This document shows positions 1 through 12,893 of a stretch of 64,000 nt of DNA, piece after piece (the first letter of the stretch is position 1; each line of letters begins with the position of its first letter). This stretch comes from Hydrolagus colliei (lineage: Eukaryota), in NCBI GenBank assembly GCA_035084275.1, contig CM068761.1:9176001-9240000 (forward strand). Direction: 5' to 3'. The position numbers and the translations under genes were made by a program. Under the pieces are notes generated by a model. That model did not search any database, had not been told where the DNA came from, and saw only the letters and a program-made list of their open reading frames with translations.

Positions 1-52
1 ACCCAACACAAGAACAAAGAACAGGAGCAATAATAATCCCTGAAGGACTCAC

Positions 53-101
53 AGTGGAGGCAAGTCATCAATGTGGCGAGAAATGGAATCCAAGGCGCCA
101 T
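53..101 (-). CDS. IGLV: Ig light-chain leader exon of a cluster continuing off the left edge
   Basis: ATG at 101 encodes MAPWIPFLATLMTCLH+T, then GTGAGT donor. Same as the leader of cluster A (13374-13422). Confidence 0.93.
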
Positions 102-179
102 GGTGAGGGTTACGGGATCGGTCACAAATTCCAACCGTTTCCTGACAACAACTGACTCTGGGTATCAGCCCGTGGCTCA

Positions 180-234
180 GTTTATGAACTGACCCAATTC
201 TGAACGTCACACAGCGCTGATCAGTTATGCAAAT
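180..234 (-). promoter_or_regulatory. IgL V promoter (octamer ATTTGCAT 227-234, CCAAT, CATAAA TATA-like)
   Basis: Plus-strand ATGCAAAT at 227-234 is ATTTGCAT on the coding strand, the light-chain orientation, ~126 bp upstream of the ATG. Confidence 0.85.
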
Positions 235-1621
235 CCCCCGGGGCCGCCTGGCCCGGCCCGTTCACCTCCACCCGAGAGCCGGGTGACCAGCGGCTCATTG
301 ACAACACTCCACACTCACAGAAATAAAGCACAGGATCAGTGGATTCTCAACTCGAATCTGAGACGTTTATACTTTTGTTGTTCGGTTGGCGGATCATTTA
401 CCAGCGACACATCAATTCAAACAATATGGAGGAAATGGTCATCCGGAAATATCACCAAATATTCACATTCAAAAACTGTGGCATTTTTATGAATAAATGA
501 CATATTTATATAACGTGGTAGATTTGTTGAATTGCAGCTGAAAAGGGTGAAGAATTATAAACTAAATCATGTTTTATAGATAAGTACAAATATTCAAATA
601 TCCCAGTTTGGACTTGGATTCCATTGTAGGTATTTGCTTGTAATAAGTAATAAGAATAATATTTCTTGCATTTGCTGTAGAGAATTTCTTGTCTTCTAAA
701 CGCCTCAGGAACTTCACAGGATGTACTGTTATTGGAAGGCAAGATGGGTTAGTCAAATGCGCTCAGCAATGTCCCACAACCAGGCATCGATTGAAGTGAC
801 CAATTTATCATTATTTTATTATTGTTTAAATGGACGTTAAGTTCAGGTTTCTGTTAATAGTGTCCATGTAGGTAAAGCACGAGTTTCCACACATCAAGTT
901 ATGATGTCAACGAGTCAATTTTACGTTTGTATTGACTTTTTCTTGCTGATTTAACCTAACAATCTACAGGAGTCTCAAGTGGTCTGACTCCCCCACGGCC
1001 TCGTCCTACTAACAACAACAACAACAACAAAATTAGATTGATAAAGCGCCTGTCACGTCGGGAGGATGTGAAAGGCTAAACAGAATTTACGTTTGAGATT
1101 GTATCAGCATGGATTCCCGCAGCTCAATGGTTACAGCGTTTGCAAAGAAGAGATGTGGGTTATTTTGCCGGCAAGGCGAAACCTTGAGCAAGGTTCCTGT
1201 TTCCACACTGACTGACAATAGTCCCTCAATTAACAGGCAATTGTAAAATTGGTCATTTCAATCCAGAACAGTTTGTGGAGCGCTGCTGTGCACAGTTTGC
1301 TGCCTGTCTTGTCCACAAAACTACAGTTAATTCACCATCGACTACCCCAATAACACACTCATCACAGCATCCTTTCACACAACATAAAATAAAAATCCAT
1401 GTATTATTAGAAACCAGAGAAAACAATAAAGAATTTACACATTTGATCACTAGTTAACACATATCTGCCGTTTATTGCAAGCTATGACCTCAATGAATCA
1501 CTTCTGCGTTTGTATTGACTTGTTTTTGCTGATTTAACATAACAAGTTACAGCAGTCTGTATAGGTCAGCGCCAAGGGTCCGACCCGCGAAAAAGAATTA
1601 ACGTTTGAGATTGTTTCACCA

Positions 1622-1850
1622 TAGAGTCCTGTAGCTCAATGGTTAGAGCACTTGCAAGCAAGAGATATGGGTTGTTTTCCCAGCAGGGATAAACCTTCAG
1701 AAAAGTTTCCTTTCTCTACACTGTCTGACAATAATCCCTCGAAAAAAACCAATGATACAATTTCAATTCAGGACAATTTGTGGATTCCTCTGTGCGCTGT
1801 TTGCTGTCCATCTCACCAACAAAAATACAGTTAATTCACCATTGCCTACT
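1622..1850 (+). mobile_element. Degenerate tRNA-derived SINE (a related older copy lies at ~1110-1330; both repeat in other units)
   Basis: GAGTCCTGTAGCTCAATGGTTAGAGCAC tRNA-like head plus the CTGTGCGC...GCTG core shared with the 2407 SINE. Confidence 0.65.
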
Positions 1851-2406
1851 CCAATAACACACTCCTCACAGCATCCTATTACACTATCAATAACACATGA
1901 AAAATCCATCTTTATTGGACGTCAGAGAAAAGAATAAACAATTGACACGTTTGATCACTTCATCCTCTTTAAGCAGTTTGTTACTAAACATTAGATGACA
2001 ATTTACAGCATTATTCTATTATACATTCAAAGACAGCAGAGAACATGGTGTGGATGGGTTAGGTGAAGTGCTGATATTATAAGAGTACATACAGTATTAC
2101 AGAAGTGGATTGTGGTGGAGGGAAGCAATTACTTTTCATTGAATAAGGAATAAGATTTCGAATGTAGTCTGATGATTTGCTTTCACAGAACCTTTAATGT
2201 AGCAGGAAAATATGATATGTTTTAACCGTTCACTGCAGTTTTGGAATGTGTTGATGTGTTCCACTTATTCTGAAAAATCCCAGTTTAGCCCCTGATTCCA
2301 CCATAGTTAGTTGGTAAAACTATTGAAATAAATTATATTGACGTCTAGTTATTCCTTATGCGCTGTGCTCGCTTTAGCAGAATAAGTGATTACAGTTTAT
2401 AAACCA

Positions 2407-2710
2407 GAGTCCTGTAGCTGAGTGGTTAGAACTCGCCTTGCAAGCGAGGAATCTGGGTTCAATTCCTGGACGGGTTAAAACTTGGGCAAGTTTCCTTACT
2501 CCACATGCCTAATAAGAATGCCATAAAAAAATTAGTAATTTTATCCACAACTGTATGTGGGACACTGCTGTGCATAATTGGCTGCCGCATTTCACCCACA
2601 TATATACATATACAGTCAATTCATTTTACAGTATATTCTGTTTGTGAAGCGATTTGAAATGTCTAAATGACGCATAAAGCGCAAATAAATCAACAAATCA
2701 ATAATCCTTC
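2407..2710 (+). mobile_element. tRNA(Ala-TGC)-derived SINE; copies start at 15724, 28966, 41627, 59184
   Basis: A box TAGCTGAGTGG, anticodon arm CTCGC-CTTGCAA-GCGAG (TGC), B box GGTTCAATTCC, core GGGACACTGCTGTGCATAATTGGCTGCCGCATTTC (resembles Deu-domain SINEs), and an L2-like tail. Acceptor stem is poor, so not a true tRNA. Confidence 0.8.
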
Positions 2711-4799
2711 CATTAGATATAGCGCATTCTACATTTTATCGGTGTCTCAAATGAAAGGATTATTATTATTATTATTTGGATTTTTTGGCCGAAAATCGTA
2801 TCAAACATAAAAACCTATTGAGAGATTTGAACAAAGCATTGCATCCTGGATCTCTGCAAATACAGGTGTTTGTACCTAATTTCAAGCCCTTAAAAATTAT
2901 ATATTGTGTGATGTTCAATGCAGGCCCTGAGCTCACAATCTTGGTGTCTGGTATTTCATTTCTACCTTACACCACATCAATGTTTAACTCATGTGTCGTC
3001 AATATTTCCAACATCTAAGATTTCAAAACCTGAATATCCAACTCAATAGGCTGCAGATCATCGAGAACTTGGCTTTCATGTCTCCTTCTGCTCCCACAGG
3101 AGGCTTCATGAAATTATCAACCCCACCACTTACAAATCAATGCCACATTCTCTTCACCAAGCTGACTGCCTTGCCTCCTTCAAGGTAGTTATCAGGACCT
3201 TCGACCACCTGTTTGACCTCCCTGCTACCCTCCCTGCCCTCCCAATACACTGATTCAATCCCCTCAACATGACTCCAAATCACTGATAAGACAGCGCCTT
3301 GGGATAATATCTAGATATGAAAGGCAAAACACAAATGTAATTTCATAATTTTTATCTAATTGTGTCTAGCCGTATGGTTATTTCTGGATCATGACTAATC
3401 CCAAGTCAAGGAGCACACAAGCCCATGTGGGCATCGACACCACACTACACTACACTGCGTGAAGGATACTACATAAATGCAAGTTGTTGTTGACGTCGTT
3501 GTTTTAATACTTGTTTTAGAATGCCAACTGGGTGACATTCAGCAAATCTATGTGGTTCTCTAGCTTTTTGCTTCCTATCAATCATCATGTACGGATTGCG
3601 TTAGCATCATACTTTTCCTCATATACTTTTTTTTATCTGCATATATATATACATCCGATGACAAAGTTAAAAATTGAATCATGCACAAATGAAGGATGAT
3701 CTCCAAACCAATCACAGATCATTTCCTAGTGCTGAATTCTACCATTATTAAATTATCTTCCAATCATACTGGTTAGATCATTCTTTCTAAATCCATAATA
3801 ATGATACATTTTGGATTACATTCTTTTAGCTCCTTATTTGGGAGGTTGGCTCGACGGTCGTTGTGAAAATCAGCCCATTAGCTTATTGCAACATGGCAGA
3901 AAGAGCCAAAAACAGAATTATAAATTTTAATTTGGTGGAAGGATGTCTAATATACTACAAATTCTTATTCTCATCCAAAGTAGAGCACGTCTGAAAATGC
4001 AATGAACCTCCCCACCCTGCACACAACGCTGCATTGGAGTATCAACATTGACAATATATGTTCCAACTGTAGACGTGGTGCTGGAACTCCCAATCCTCTG
4101 AATCTTGGGGAGAATGCCTGCAACTGTGCCAGACAGTCACACTGGCACATACAGTCATCTGGCATGCCTTTAGTCAGAAAGTGAATAAATGACGTTGAAC
4201 CAATCACACATCATTCCCTGGTCCTAAATTCTATCCATAGTAGTTTACCTGCCAATTGCACCCTATAGGACCCTTCTTTATCTGTCCAAAGTTATAATAC
4301 ATTGATCGTTACTTTAATGTTCACGTTACATTTGTAGGATGGCAAATGGATCAATGAATATTCTGCATATTTGCAGCAGCCCATTCAGACGCAACAGTTT
4401 TCCACAAGCAGCCATGAAGTGAATCAAAATATCAACAATAAATTACAGTTGTATAGCTCTGAATGATTAATTCTAATTTGGGGGCATCTTGTCCAGGATG
4501 TGGCAAATGCTCCTTTTACCTTTTCAAATGTGTCATATTTTAGATCCAGATAAACTACCAGACTGAGATCTCATTGTAGCAATGGCACCTCCAACAAAAC
4601 AGCAAATCTGCAGCACAGCATCAGTGTCAACATTTACAATATATGTATATGTTCCAATTCCATGTTTGGTGCTTGAAACCCCAACCCTCTGATTCAGAGG
4701 GTAATTCCAATTGAGCCAGGCTTACAAACTGACACAGGTGTCAATGTTCCTTCTTGCCTTCCACCTGGAGCGTTCCAAATGCATGACTAAGCTACTAAA

Positions 4800-6930
4800 T
4801 TAAGTCTCGTGGCACAAGGGTAGAGCACTCACCTTGCAAGCGAATAATGTAGGATGAGTCGACCTTGACATTGTGGAGGGCTTTAAATGTGAGGACCAGG
4901 ATGTTGAATTGGATCCTCTGGATGATGGGGAGCCAATAGAGTCAGGCGAGGATGGGGTAGATGGGGTCACAGAGTTTGGAACGGTAGAGAACATGAGCCG
5001 CAGAGTTCTGGATTATCTGCAGCCTGCGGAGGGAGGGGTTGGGAAGGCCAACCAGCAGGGCATTTGTGTAATCTATCTGGGGTGTAGTGAAGCCATAGAT
5101 GAGGGTTTCAGTGTCTTTGGGGGTGAGGTAGTGGCAGAGTAGAGCAATGTTGCAGATGGGGAAAGGTAGAGCGAATCATTGATTGGATGTGGAGGAGGAA
5201 AAACAGTGGAGTGTTCAACAAGACACCTAGGATCCTGACTGGCTTTGTGAGTTTGAGAGTGCCACCATGGAGGTTGATGCTGTCAGCGCCTGGTGCAAGA
5301 AGTCACTGGCATGAGCCAGTCAGTAGCGCCTCTGTCTTGTTGACATTCAACTGTAGAAATTTAGCTCTCTTCCAGGACTTGATGTCTGACCACTGTCAGG
5401 AGAGTGGTAGTCCAAGAGTCGAAGGCAGAGGCAGAGTGACAGAGTTGGGTGTCATCTGCATACATGTGGAAGTTAAACCAATATCTGCAGATGATGTCAG
5501 GTTGTAGATGTTGTAGCTGTTGATTTTGAAAAGTAAGGGACAAGGACAGAGCCCTGGTGGATGCCATGGGGTGACAGTGCGGGGCTGGAGGAGAAGCCGT
5601 TGGGAGTGATAATGTGTAGGCAATGAGAGAGGTACAACAACATTAACAGCTTTGATTTATATAGCGTCCTCCACGCTGGAAGGTGTCTCAGAGAGCTTCA
5701 CAATAGCGCATCCTGGGACGAGCCAGGGGTAGAGGTAGAAAGGTGACCAAAGCCATGGTCAACGATAAAGGTCTTCAGCTGGGACCTGAAACTTAGCAAA
5801 GAGGGGGGAGGTGAAGGTAGTGAAGAAGGGAATTCCAGAGCCTTGGGGCATAGTGGCTGAATGCATGGTCACGAAGGTGGAGCGGAGGATTCGGGGGACT
5901 TGTGGGAGGCCAGACACACTGGAGCAAAGGTAACGGGTGCTGGTTTGAGTTGACGGGAGGTCAGAGATGTAGGGGTGTGCAGAGGAGTGGAAGGATTTGA
6001 AGACAAGGGTGAGGATCTTGAAGTCGATCCTCTCTGGGATATGCAGCCAGTGAAGTCTGGCCAGGACTGGGGTAATGGGGGAGCGACGTTTTGTGCAGGT
6101 GGGAATACAGGCAGCAGAGTTCTGAATGAGGTGGACTCTGGATTGTGGAGGAAGGGAGACCAGCGAGGAGAGCACTGGAATAGTGCTGTCGAGAGGTGTC
6201 AAAGGCGTGGACCAGGATTATGTTGGCTTTTAGGGTGGGGTATTGCCGGAGACGGGTGCTGCATTGGAGGTGGAAGAAGGCGTGCTGGTGAGGGAGTGGA
6301 TGTGAGGGAGGAAGTACAGTTGGGGGTCGAACTTGACCCCAGGTTATGCACAGGTTCACAGAGTTTTACGGGCAGGTGACAGCAGTGGGAATGGAGACAT
6401 TGACAAGAGGCAAAGAGTATGAGTGGGAGTCGAATCAGGCAAGGACAGGTCTGTGGAGATTGACCAGCCAGGAGATGCGGTGTAGGAGGACATTGTTAAA
6501 GGCAGCAGAGAGGTCAATGAGTACAGGAGGGAAATGAGCGAAGCTGGGAAGCAATGACCCATTGGAGAGGAATGGGAGGTTGGCGATGGGGCAATAGCTA
6601 GAGATTAGTAATGCATCAAGAGTAGGTTTTGTCAGATGGTGATGATGAGAGCAGTTTTTAGAGGAATGGGGATGCTGCTGGTGGATGCACAGAGGGGAAT
6701 TTGATGATGTCAGTTAAGAGGGGGGAAAGGAGTTGGAGCTGGGAGATGAGAAGAGGGGTGGGGATGGGGTCAAGGGAGCAGGTGGTTGGTTTGATTTTGC
6801 AGAGGATAGCAGAGAAGGTGGGGGAAGAGGTATCTAGTGGGGGTGGGAGGGAGATGGATCCGATGGAGTGTGAGTGTGGGCTGAACGAATCCCTTTTCAA
6901 TTTCACCGACAAATGTACAGTCAACTCACT
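4800..6930 (-). mobile_element. Decayed L2-clade LINE ORF2 fragments, at least two pieces (equivalents ~18117-20210, ~31335-33530, ~45260-47270)
   Basis: Frameshifted motifs CKIKPTTCSLDPIPT, FHMYADDTQL and PITPVLARLHWL..PERIDFKIL; L2-type 3' tail reads in reverse at ~5630-5700. Confidence 0.85.
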
Positions 6931-7269
6931 TTAAAGAATATTTTGTGATGCACTGTAAGTAGTCTAGAAGACTTGAAAAGAGCTATACCACATTAAAAAA
7001 AATTATTATTAAAATTTATTGTTAATAAAATTCCAATATTATCAATTCCTTGCTCTACTGAAATCGAGGACTACTCCAAATCTAGCTACTCCCAAGCATC
7101 TCTTATATCCCAAATACAGACCTTCAAGTGTCTCTTAGTTCTCTGCCACACGTTGTCCCAGCATTCTCCAACTTACTGCCCCTCAGACCCATTTCTCATT
7201 GTCTCCCTTGTAGTTTTTCCCCATTATTATAAATCTTTTTTCTGGCTACTGACCTATGATTTCCGCCCC

Positions 7270-9105
7270 CCCACCCCCACCCACTCCTGATAAGGAGTGA
7301 TTGGTGGTGTCACAGAGTATAGGGACGAAGAGGTAGTGTTTGGAGATAACAATGCTGTGGAGATAGATTCAAGCGAGTGGGTTGTGTGTTTTATGATCGA
7401 TATGGTGGTGTTTGGTGAAAAGGGGGAAATGTAGAAGCGGCAAATGGTAGGGGTCGAGTGTGTGCCGAAGGTGGGGAAGGATCTGCGTTTGGGGTGAGGG
7501 GACAGGATTGGGGTTGGGTCAGAGGCTGCTCAATGGATTTGGAAGAGGCAAGAAAGGAACAGTATGTTCTCATCTCATCCGGCCATATATCCAGGTGGAC
7601 CATTACGTGACATTTGAGCCTGTTTCATTCGATGGCCTGAACCTTACCCCAGAGGAGTAGATGCGGCTGGTGTAACAGAGTGAGGATTGTGATTTGGACG
7701 TGGTTCTTGAGGTGAGGAGGGCAAGGGCATTGAGAGTAGTTAAGGGAGTGTTATGGAGGAAAAGTATTGAGCAGGATCAGTCAGTGTGTGATCACATTTC
7801 CCTGGTTTTAGTCCAAATTAACCAACCGCCATCACTTCATCTCCATACATCATTTTACCTTCTGCCCAGGCAGTCACCTGTGTTTTACCCCAAGGCTTAA
7901 ACCAGGGTCACTTTTTCCTTAGAGTATTTACACGCTATCTCTCCCTAATATAAGTTGCAAGAATGTTGGATTTATCCCAATGCACGCCAATCAAATCCAA
8001 ATATATCTATTCTCCTCTTCATCATTCTCCTTGTAACACTGAGACAACTCATGTTTTATTCAGTTGTTTGTCAGACATCAACTCCTGGTTCAATACAAAT
8101 TTCCGGCAGTTATATTTCAACGAGACGGAAACCATACACTTTGGCTACTATCAGTATTATTTCGACTGTCGATCTGACCTGTTCGGCCACCGACAGCACA
8201 CACCACCTTCCCCTCTACCACAGCCACTCCCCACATATTCCAAACATGTACCATATCTTTAGTGAACCCAGGTGTCAGGTTCAATATGATTCACAGCAGG
8301 AATCTACTCCCAAGCCAGTTTGACTTTTTGCCAATTCTGTCATATTGCCCAGCTACACAACACACTGAATGCAGTTGGATTCTTGCCCCATGTCTCTGTC
8401 ACCTCCACTCTCGACTACTCATTACCCTCCTATTCTCCACTGTCCAAAAATCGAAAGTTTGGTCTGTTGTAGGCGGAGGGGGGTGGGGGGGGGGGGGGGG
8501 GGGGGGGAGGGCAAGGTAAGAATCAGAGGTCGTCCAGCAGACAATGGAGCTAAATGTGGAAGTGTTGATGAATCGAAATCAGCCTACTGTTGCGGAACTT
8601 TGAAGGTGTTTTCAGTAGGCAGTGTTGGAAGCAGTTTTGAAGTAAAGGTGGTAGTCAAAAAAGTGGAAGAGGTTAGGTCCATTGGAGAAGAACTTGAATC
8701 ATTAGCAATTGGGTGTGGAGAAAGTTCAAGAGAAAAAGTAATGGGATTATGGTCAGTTACAATGATGGAAACAGAGAAGGAAAGATGCGACAAATGTTTT
8801 TATAATACAAACATTAGGGGAGGCACAGAAGAGAGATGGAGGAAAGGCAAGAACTGGAAGATGCTGCACAGCGGATTTTGCTCATGTCAAACACATAACA
8901 ATATTAAGTGCTGAGAAATGCGATTGGGAGTGAAGCGCACGATAATCAATGCAATCTGTTGGGATGGCACTATACTAATGTAATTCTGTTGTTAGTTGCC
9001 CCTGTCCCTGGCTCGGTCCCGGGATCCATTGTTGTGAAGTGCTCTCAAACGCTGTCAGGTGAGGAGTGCGCTATATAAATCAAAGATGTTGTTGTTGTCA
9101 CCTTT
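7270..9105. mobile_element. Mixed-orientation old L2 LINE remnants (endonuclease-like pieces on minus, RT C-terminal piece and 3' tail on plus); repeated in each unit
   Basis: Degenerate peptides such as IVTDHNPITFSLEL and PGVRFNMIHSRNLLP...HLHSRL; tail GCGCTATATAAATCAAAGATGTTGTTGTTG at ~9067-9097. Confidence 0.6.
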
Positions 9106-9630
9106 CTTATTTGTCATGAGTGGATACGAATGCAGTGACAGTGGAGATCAGAGGAAAGTGTTCCTTTCTCTCCTTAACCCAACATATTGCACAATTTATC
9201 TCTTACCCTCTCACAGCTCGAAATCAGATTATCCAAATCACATCATGTTGTGGCTGTATTATTATTTTCGACTTTCTTTGTCTTTTTTCAGTGGATTTAA
9301 GGGCAGATGGCCACCAAACATTCTTCGGATTCTGTTGTCACTTACATGTCCTTAGGTATCCTCAGGAAGCGTCGTTCGATAACGAATCAATTGAATGAAC
9401 TGACTCGTTATCTGGTCAATTTAGCAAAGATAAATCGTATTTTATACTGATTTAGTTTTCTGGTAACATTTCTGAGTATTGTCCTGGGATGCAGTTCATA
9501 GATTGTAATGGATGTCAAGACCACCAAAGGCCTTTCCTGGTGGGACAATTATAAACATCATCTCACTGGAGGCGTTTGCCCAGCGACGCTCCTGTCACTG
9601 TTACCAGTGGGCCATGTTCCCAGAAATTAA

Positions 9631-9744
9631 ACCCGCCCAATGAGGCGAGAACCCGCCCAATGAGGCGAGAAGCCGCCCAATGAGGCGAGAACCCGCCCAA
9701 TGAGGCGAGAAGCCGCCCAATGAGGCGAGATCCCGCCCAATCAG
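9631..9744. repeat. 20-bp minisatellite ACCCGCCCAATGAGGCGAGA (GC box overlapping CCAAT), 5 full units plus 1 partial
   Basis: Directly visible. Counterparts at ~22903-22973 (4 boxes), ~36233-36345 (6) and ~51951-51983 (2, one mutated). Confidence 0.92.
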
Positions 9745-10736
9745 CAAACAATGGCAGCGGGTCTCAGGGCGACTCAATTTATTGGTGGATCCCCTCCCCC
9801 CAGCGGTGCGTATTGGCTGCGTATTGGCATCCACCCCCAGCACGTTAGGTTGGCGGTCAGGTGTCCATCACCCCGAGAACACGCCCCCCTCCCCGGCCAG
9901 CCAGTCACCCTTTCCTGCCTCGGGGCCCCGCGCTATTGTATTTCATGTTCCTGAGGCCTCCACTGCACCAATTTATAATATTCCTGACAACCCTTGGAGA
10001 GTTATAAGGAATTAAGATACAAACAGTCGGTTTGGTGGGTTAGCGTTGACACGTGTTGACTGTAAAGCAATTAAAAGCATCTGTATCATGGCTGAAAATA
10101 CCAGCAGCCGCGGGTCGTTAACATGAATGGTTTTGCTGAGAGTGGATCGGAGAACATGTCAATATGAGGGATTGGATAAGGGAACTGTATAATGGGCTGC
10201 AGTGAAATATTGTTCTCACTCGTTTATTTCCTGACTGTCAGTGACAGCGGAAGGGGGGGGGGGAGGGGGGGATACGTTGTGGATTTGAGCGAAAGAACAT
10301 TGAGATGACGCTCCAACAAGAGCTTTCCGTCCAATATTAATAGTAAATGGCAACTGATAATCTGCGGCAAATTGGGTAAATGTTGGAATTTAACCCGACA
10401 ATAACCACACAGTTTTCTATTGGAATTACCAGCCACCTTCCCGCTGCTTGTTCAGCTCGCACCAAGTGTGTAGTCATGGCGTTGGCTTGCGGAACAGTCA
10501 TCATTTGTCAGTAAATAAAATGATCAATAAAACAGTGTCATTGATGGCAATGAATCTGTGACTTTATTAAGCGGAGCTACTTAATAATGAAACAATGTGA
10601 TTGTTACGAGCCAGGAAACTAGCAAGACGCAGAAATGGCAATCAGCTATTCCTAGATAATTGTACATTAATTAAGAATCCGCGAATCGCTGCGATCATTT
10701 AAAATAATGAATGAAACACAAGTAAAACAAGTTTTT

Positions 10737-10742
10737 TTTATT
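10737..10742 (-). promoter_or_regulatory. PolyA signal of cluster A (equivalents 23972-23977, 37326-37331, 54361-54366)
   Basis: AATAAA on the minus strand ~170 nt after each C stop codon, conserved in all four clusters. Confidence 0.8.
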
Positions 10743-10908
10743 GCAAACTCAAACTACTCCACATTTTGATCTGAATTACAACTGCATCGAAATACAAACG
10801 GCGCGATACTGTGACACAGTTTGGCTCGTTATCAAAATGTGGGAATGTCGAATTGAACATTTCTCAAGAAGGCTCCGTGGGCAGTACAGTTCAGTACAGT
10901 TCCCGGAA

Positions 10909-11231
10909 TCATACACAGGTGGATCTGGCGATGGTTGTTTTAAGAGGATCTGCCCGAGCCTCGTGTTTGACCAGACAGGAATACAGCTCGTGTGACTCCC
11001 ACTCGGAGGCTGGCAGAGTCAGATAACTGCTCACACTGTACGTGTTGTCCACCTGCTGCTTGATCGCACTCGTTTCAACACCTTCACTTCTGGCACTGCC
11101 ATCCACAGTCCACTTGACCTCCACAGCTCCCGGGGTAAAATCATTCACCAGACACACCAGGGTCGCCTTGCTCTTTGCTGTGATTTGATCTGGTGACGGC
11201 GGAAGGACAGTCACCGAAGGTGCCCGTGGGT
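10909..11231 (-). CDS. IGLC: Ig light-chain constant exon, cluster A (type II/lambda-like)
   Basis: TTTCCAG acceptor; 323 nt encoding (N)PRAPSVTVLPPSPDQITAKSKATLVCLVNDFTPG..W..SSYLTL..YSCLVKHE..TCV*. Canonical C1-set Cys/Trp residues and penultimate Cys. Confidence 0.97.
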
Positions 11232-12893
11232 CTGGAAATAAAGATTGAGTTTTAAAAACATCTGCTGAGAACTTTATCATTTCTCTCTGATGGTTTAGCA
11301 ACATAAAGTGCTCCTCTCTTCACTCCCAATTGATGCGAATCTCAAACTAATCTCGCCTATATACCGGCCACTAACTTTACCATTTTGCTAAGATCGATAG
11401 TTACCTACAAACTCTGGCAGCTGGTATTGTGATAGATGTGATTCTGTTTCAGGTAAATCATTACTATGTTTAGCAGAAACACGTTGATGTTATTCAAACA
11501 ACTGCTTGTTGTGTTAAAATGATAAGAAATAGATTAATTACGGCTGGAAAACACGCGAAAAATACTGTCGGGATCAATGTGATGAGTGTTGTGGATGCGA
11601 GTGTATAATGATTACACTCTAAACGTTCAGATCAAACCAATTGATAATGAGTTACAGTGATTAGAGCTCCTGCGATAGAATCCTCTTAAAATAACAATAT
11701 ATTTGTTGCAGAAACAGTGTGTTTAGAGTTGACCAGTCACCAGTGAGTTGTGGTCAGACTTCAATTGCACTTTATACCATCATGTTCACTGTGTTTACAG
11801 CTCCCGCTGGATATTATTCTAATCTTTCGCATTTCTATTCTAAACCAATTCTGAATTTGATAATCAATGTGAATTATCAGCGATGATTTGATCCTGTCGA
11901 TAAAATAACCATTATTAATCAGAAACTATCCACAACATTGCGTTTAAAGTTGGAGATGAAGTATAGTTGGTGTTTGGGCTGGCCATGGGCCAGTGTACCT
12001 CCCGCCCACATTCGCTGTTCACTGTTCTCAACATTTACAGATGAACTTACAGCTTTGCTGCAGTTGGCGATTTGGGTTTTATTTTCCTTCAATAACAATT
12101 ACCTGGTCAGTAAAGCCGTCGGTGAAAAAAAGATGATTCACTTTATGGCTGTTTGTGGGACATTGCTGAACACAATAACACGATGGCCACAAATGCACAG
12201 TCACTCACTGTGCAGTAAATACTGTGAAGTTCATTGAAATATCTCGACCATAGGGTGACAGTTATTATTGTTGTTATTGCTATTATACATGCAGTATTAT
12301 TAAGAACAATACAGTCAACGTTTCCATCCGATCTCTTTAAAGTAAGCCAAAGAACTGTCTGTTGCTAATGTTTGGATGATCCTGGCAGCAAAGTCTGGCC
12401 TCTCAGCTTTCTCTCTATGTCAGATCTGCAGAGATGTGTGAGGCCACCTATTCAACACCGTTAGTAGCAATAAATAATCCTTTAATATTCTGCTATCATG
12501 AACTAATTCGTTGGTCACGGGCTGAGATTTGCTACGGGAATGTCGGGTTTGTAACAAGATTCGATGCGAATCGGAATACAATCGGTTACAATACAACACC
12601 ATCTACATTGGTGTCGCGGTTGCCTGGCGGGAGGATTTCGCAAATGACCAAAACAAGTGAAACTGAATTAAAATAGGAGAATATCGCATTCAATTGATAC
12701 AATGGAATTCATACGGTAAACTTCTCACCACCAAGAATTCAAACATATACCTATCACGTTAGAAAGGTTATCAATGAGGTCAGAATATTGATGCAAATGA
12801 TTTTTCGAAAAATAATTGAGCTCAATGTAAAATACAGCGCCAGATAAACGATGAATAAAAACCCAATCTGCACCAAATCAGGAATATACTTAC

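Noticed and set aside
283-492. Recurrent short ORFs (e.g. MTSGSLTTL..., MAAGLRATQ..., MQTQTT...) present in every unit
   Set aside because: Recurrence is explained by segmental duplication; alternative starts, no recognisable domains, and several are antisense to Ig or LINE frames.
2407-2480. tRNA-Ala(TGC) gene
   Set aside because: Acceptor stem mispaired and sequence continues into a SINE core and tail; it is a SINE head.
9631-9744. CRISPR-like array
   Set aside because: Eukaryotic locus; contiguous 20-bp units with no unique spacers, so a minisatellite.
12196-12212. CACAGTC-ACT-CACTGTG in the J-C intron (CACAGTG-ACT-CACTGTA in B) as a signal-joint relic
   Set aside because: Wrong orientation for a signal joint, no nonamers, and it lies within a SINE-like tail.
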